Shown: in pieces, positions 61,607 to 64,000 of the stretch
Numbering within the stretch: position 1 is the stretch's first letter
Layout: each line of letters starts with the position of its first letter
Source of the DNA: an uncultured Chloroflexia bacterium
Lineage (GTDB): Bacteria > Chloroflexota > Chloroflexia > Thermomicrobiales > CFX8
Assembly: GCA_963763325.1 (NCBI GenBank)
Contig: CAVXOL010000014.1
Span: 57,793-121,792 of the forward strand
Direction: 5' to 3'
DNA length: 64,000 nucleotides
The notes under the pieces: model-generated
Seen by the model: the letters and a program-made list of their open reading frames with translations, nothing else
What the model was told of the DNA's origin: nothing
The model's database searches: none
Made by a program: the position numbers and the translations under genes

Positions 61607-61772
61607 CTCCCGGTAGGGGCCGCATCCTGTATCGTCAGCGCCACGTGGATCATTGTGCGCTCGCCGAGACACCCTGACGCCTGCGCCCGTGTGGGAGCGT
61701 ACACGCGTCAAGAAGGCGCCGAGACCCAGAGAGCACCCCGCGCGGCCGATACAGGACGGCCCCTACCGGGAG
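61607..61772. repeat. GTAG-family REP doublet in inverted orientation (REPIN-like)
   Basis: CTCCCGGTAGGGGCCGCATCCTGTATCG.. (from 61607) against ..CGATACAGGACGGCCCCTACCGGGAG (to 61772). Confidence 0.8.
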
Positions 61773-62828
61773 CAGAGTCGCGCCCGAACCTCCGCCGCCT
61801 CCCGAACCAGCGCCGCGACCAGATCCGCCGCCGTCGTCTCGCGAGCCAATGGCGCGCCCTGACCGGCCCAGAGGGAGAGGTAGCGGGTGTCGCCCTGGGC
61901 GGCAGCCGCGTTGCGCATCGGGCGGGTCAGCGCTGTTCTGGAGCGGGAAGGGGAGGATCGCGTCAGGTTGAGCGTCGGCCTCCGCCATGAACGGATTGAC
62001 GATTCCGCGTGCCGGCCTGCCGGAGAAGGCGCGTGTCACTGCCGTCCCGTCGTCGCGAGCAGCCCGGATCGCCGCCTTGTAGGCATCGGGAATGCCAGCC
62101 TCGCGGCAGGTCAGGAAGGCCGTCCCGAGCTGGACGCCGCTTGCTCCAAGCGCCTCGGCCGCCACGATCCCGCGACCGTCCATGATCCCGCCGGACGCGA
62201 TGACCGGAAGATCGACGGCATCGACCACCTGCGGCACGAGCGCGATCGTCCCGACCAGCGCTGCCTCGAACGATCCGGCAAAGGTCCCACGATGCGCCCC
62301 AGCCTCAGCCCCCTGGGCGACGATGGCATCGACGCTGGCGTCTGCCAGCTTCTGCGCCTCGTCGACCGTCGTCGCTGTTCCAAGGATCGCGATACCGCGT
62401 TCCTTCAGGGCAGCCATCGCGTCCGCGTTCGGGATGCCGAACGTGAAGCTGAAGACCGGCACTCCCGCTCCAAGCACCACCTCCAGCGCGTCCGCGAACG
62501 GAACCGGCACGACCTCGGGAACCACCGGCTCCGGCAGACCGAGCGCGGCATGGGCGCGGCCGAGAATCTCCAGCATCGGTGTTGGGTCGGCACCCTCGAA
62601 TGGCTCATCACCACCGGCAAAGAGGTTGACGCCGAACGGCCGTTCAGTCAGTTGCCGGATCGCCGCGATGTCAGCCGCGATTCGCTCCGGCTGCTGGTAC
62701 GCCCCCGGCAGCATCCCCAGCCCACCGGCATTCGAGACAGCCGCCACCAGTTCCGGCGTCGTCGCGCCCGCCATCGGCGCCTGAATGATCGGATGTTCGA
62801 TTCCCAAGAGCGATCGCAGATCCCGCAC
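61763..62828 (-). CDS. Nitronate monooxygenase (2-nitropropane dioxygenase) family (frameshift near 61930)
   Basis: 'HPIIQAPMAG..AVSNAGGLG', 'VFSFTFGIP', 'QGAEAGAHRG', 'SGGIMDGRG', 'FSGRPARG', 'SLWAGQG'; RBS GGAGG, GTG start. Confidence 0.92.
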
Positions 62829-62995
62829 CAGGCACCTCCACACGCCAACGCACCGACTGACCACACAGCGCCATCGTATGCCCGATACCCTGGTCGTGAC
62901 CAGCACCAATCCGGAACCGGACATCCCGCCGATGCCGTCCAGAACGCATAATGGTTTTTCGAGAAGGATGCTGAGAACGAGACACAGGTGCATCG

Positions 62996-64000
62996 ATGGA
63001 TTTCGGAACAAACCCGGCTCACCAGGAGATCGTCCGACAGACGCGAGAGATCACCGACCGCTTCTCGCTCAACTACTGGTACGAGATCGATCAGAGCGAA
63101 TCCTACCCGGAAGCATTCGTCGACGCCTTCGCCGCCGCGGGCTGGTTCGGGACGACGATCCCGGCTGCGTACGGCGGCAAGGGACTTGGCGTCACCGAAG
63201 CGGCGTTGCTGCTGCACGCCATCTGCGAGAGTGGGGCCGGCACGAGCGGCGCATCGCCGGTTCACCTGGCGATCTTCCCGCCGGAGCCGATCGTGAAACA
63301 CGGCTCAGACGCGATGAAGGCGCGCTACCTGCCCGATCTGGCAACCGGCAAGCTACGGATGTCATTCGGCGTCACCGAAGCCCGTGCGGGGACCGACACC
63401 TCCCGGATCGAAACGCGGGCCGAACGCGACGGCAACGGCTGGCGTCTCAACGGTGAGAAAGCCTGGCTCTCGAACGCCCAGCACGCGACAAAGGCGCTGA
63501 TCCTGGCGCGGACCGCCCCGCGTGATCCGGCAAAACCTCTGCTTGGCCTGACGCTCTTCTTCGCCGATCTCGACCCGGCCCAGACGACGCTGGAGGTGAT
63601 CGACAAGCTCGGCCGCAACGCCGTCGATTCCAACCGACTCATGATGCGCGACCTCTACGTCGCGGATGAGGATGTCATCGGCGAGGTGGGTCGCGGCTTC
63701 TACCACCTGCTCGATGGCCTCAACTCCGAGCGGATCGTGATCGCGATGGAGGCGATCGGCATCGGCCGGGCCGCGCTTCGGCTGGCGGCCGACTACGCGA
63801 CCGAACGGGTCGTCTTCGACCGCCCAATCGGCGCGAACCAGGCCATCGCCCACCCACTGGCTCGCAGTTGGGCGGAACTGGCTGCCGCCGAGCTACTGGC
63901 GCTGAAGGCTGCATGGCTGTTCGACCACGGCCAGCCCTGCGGTGCCGAGGCCAACGCCGCCAAGCTCCTCGCCGCTGACGCCGGCTTCGCCGCCTGCGAT
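62996..64000 (+). CDS. Acyl-CoA dehydrogenase family protein (runs off the window end)
   Basis: Read manually from ATG 62996: 'MDFG..IPAAYGGKGLG..SFGVTEARAGTD..LNGEKAWLS..GEVGRGF..GLNSERI..FDRPIGANQAIAH'. Confidence 0.93.
   Translation, partial: MDFGTNPAHQEIVRQTREITDRFSLNYWYEIDQSESYPEAFVDAFAAAGWFGTTIPAAYGGKGLGVTEAALLLHAICESGAGTSGASPVHLAIFPPEPIVKHGSDAMKARYLPDLATGKLRMSFGVTEARAGTDTSRIETRAERDGNGWRLNGEKAWLSNAQHATKALILARTAPRDPAKPLLGLTLFFADLDPAQTTLEVIDKLGRNAVDSNRLMMRDLYVADEDVIGEVGRGFYHLLDGLNSERIVIAMEAIGIGRAALRLAADYATERVVFDRPIGANQAIAHPLARSWAELAAAELLALKAAWLFDHGQPCGAEANAAKLLAADAGFAACD

Noticed and set aside
1-64000. Genome-wide stop-codon reassignment or programmed frameshifting as the cause of broken ORFs
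   Set aside because: TAG, TGA and TAA all terminate well-defined genes, and the shifts fall at arbitrary positions without slippery-site signals; only the FDH UGA has recoding evidence

Overview
High-GC bacterial chromosomal DNA, most consistent with Chloroflexota (Thermomicrobiales-like). The basis is two secreted proteins with Chloroflexota-type 'FPETG..GYPIS..FER' surface domains, F420-dependent enzymes and the style of the regulators. The sequence has many single-base indels that break otherwise well-conserved genes (gltB, msrAB, FDH operon, ABC transporter). I read these as uncorrected long-read errors, so most CDS calls are stitched across frames and their ends are approximate. There are about 55 genes, mostly redox, transport and regulatory. 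The main ones are: two STAND-type regulators; gltB with no gltD but a small SH3/KOW-like gene in its place and a truncated amtB upstream; a selenocysteine-encoding, split NAD-linked formate dehydrogenase operon whose NuoE-NuoF linker contains a perfect 41-bp inverted-repeat REP-like element; and a lower-GC islet (about 41.0-44.35 kb) with toxin-antitoxin genes and an uncharacterised secreted two-gene pair joined by a perfect 25-bp hairpin. Large modular secreted proteins, several clear promoters/operators and three families of palindromic repeats are also present. I found no rRNA, tRNA, CRISPR array, integrase or transposase. All family assignments are from motif recognition by eye; no database search was run.
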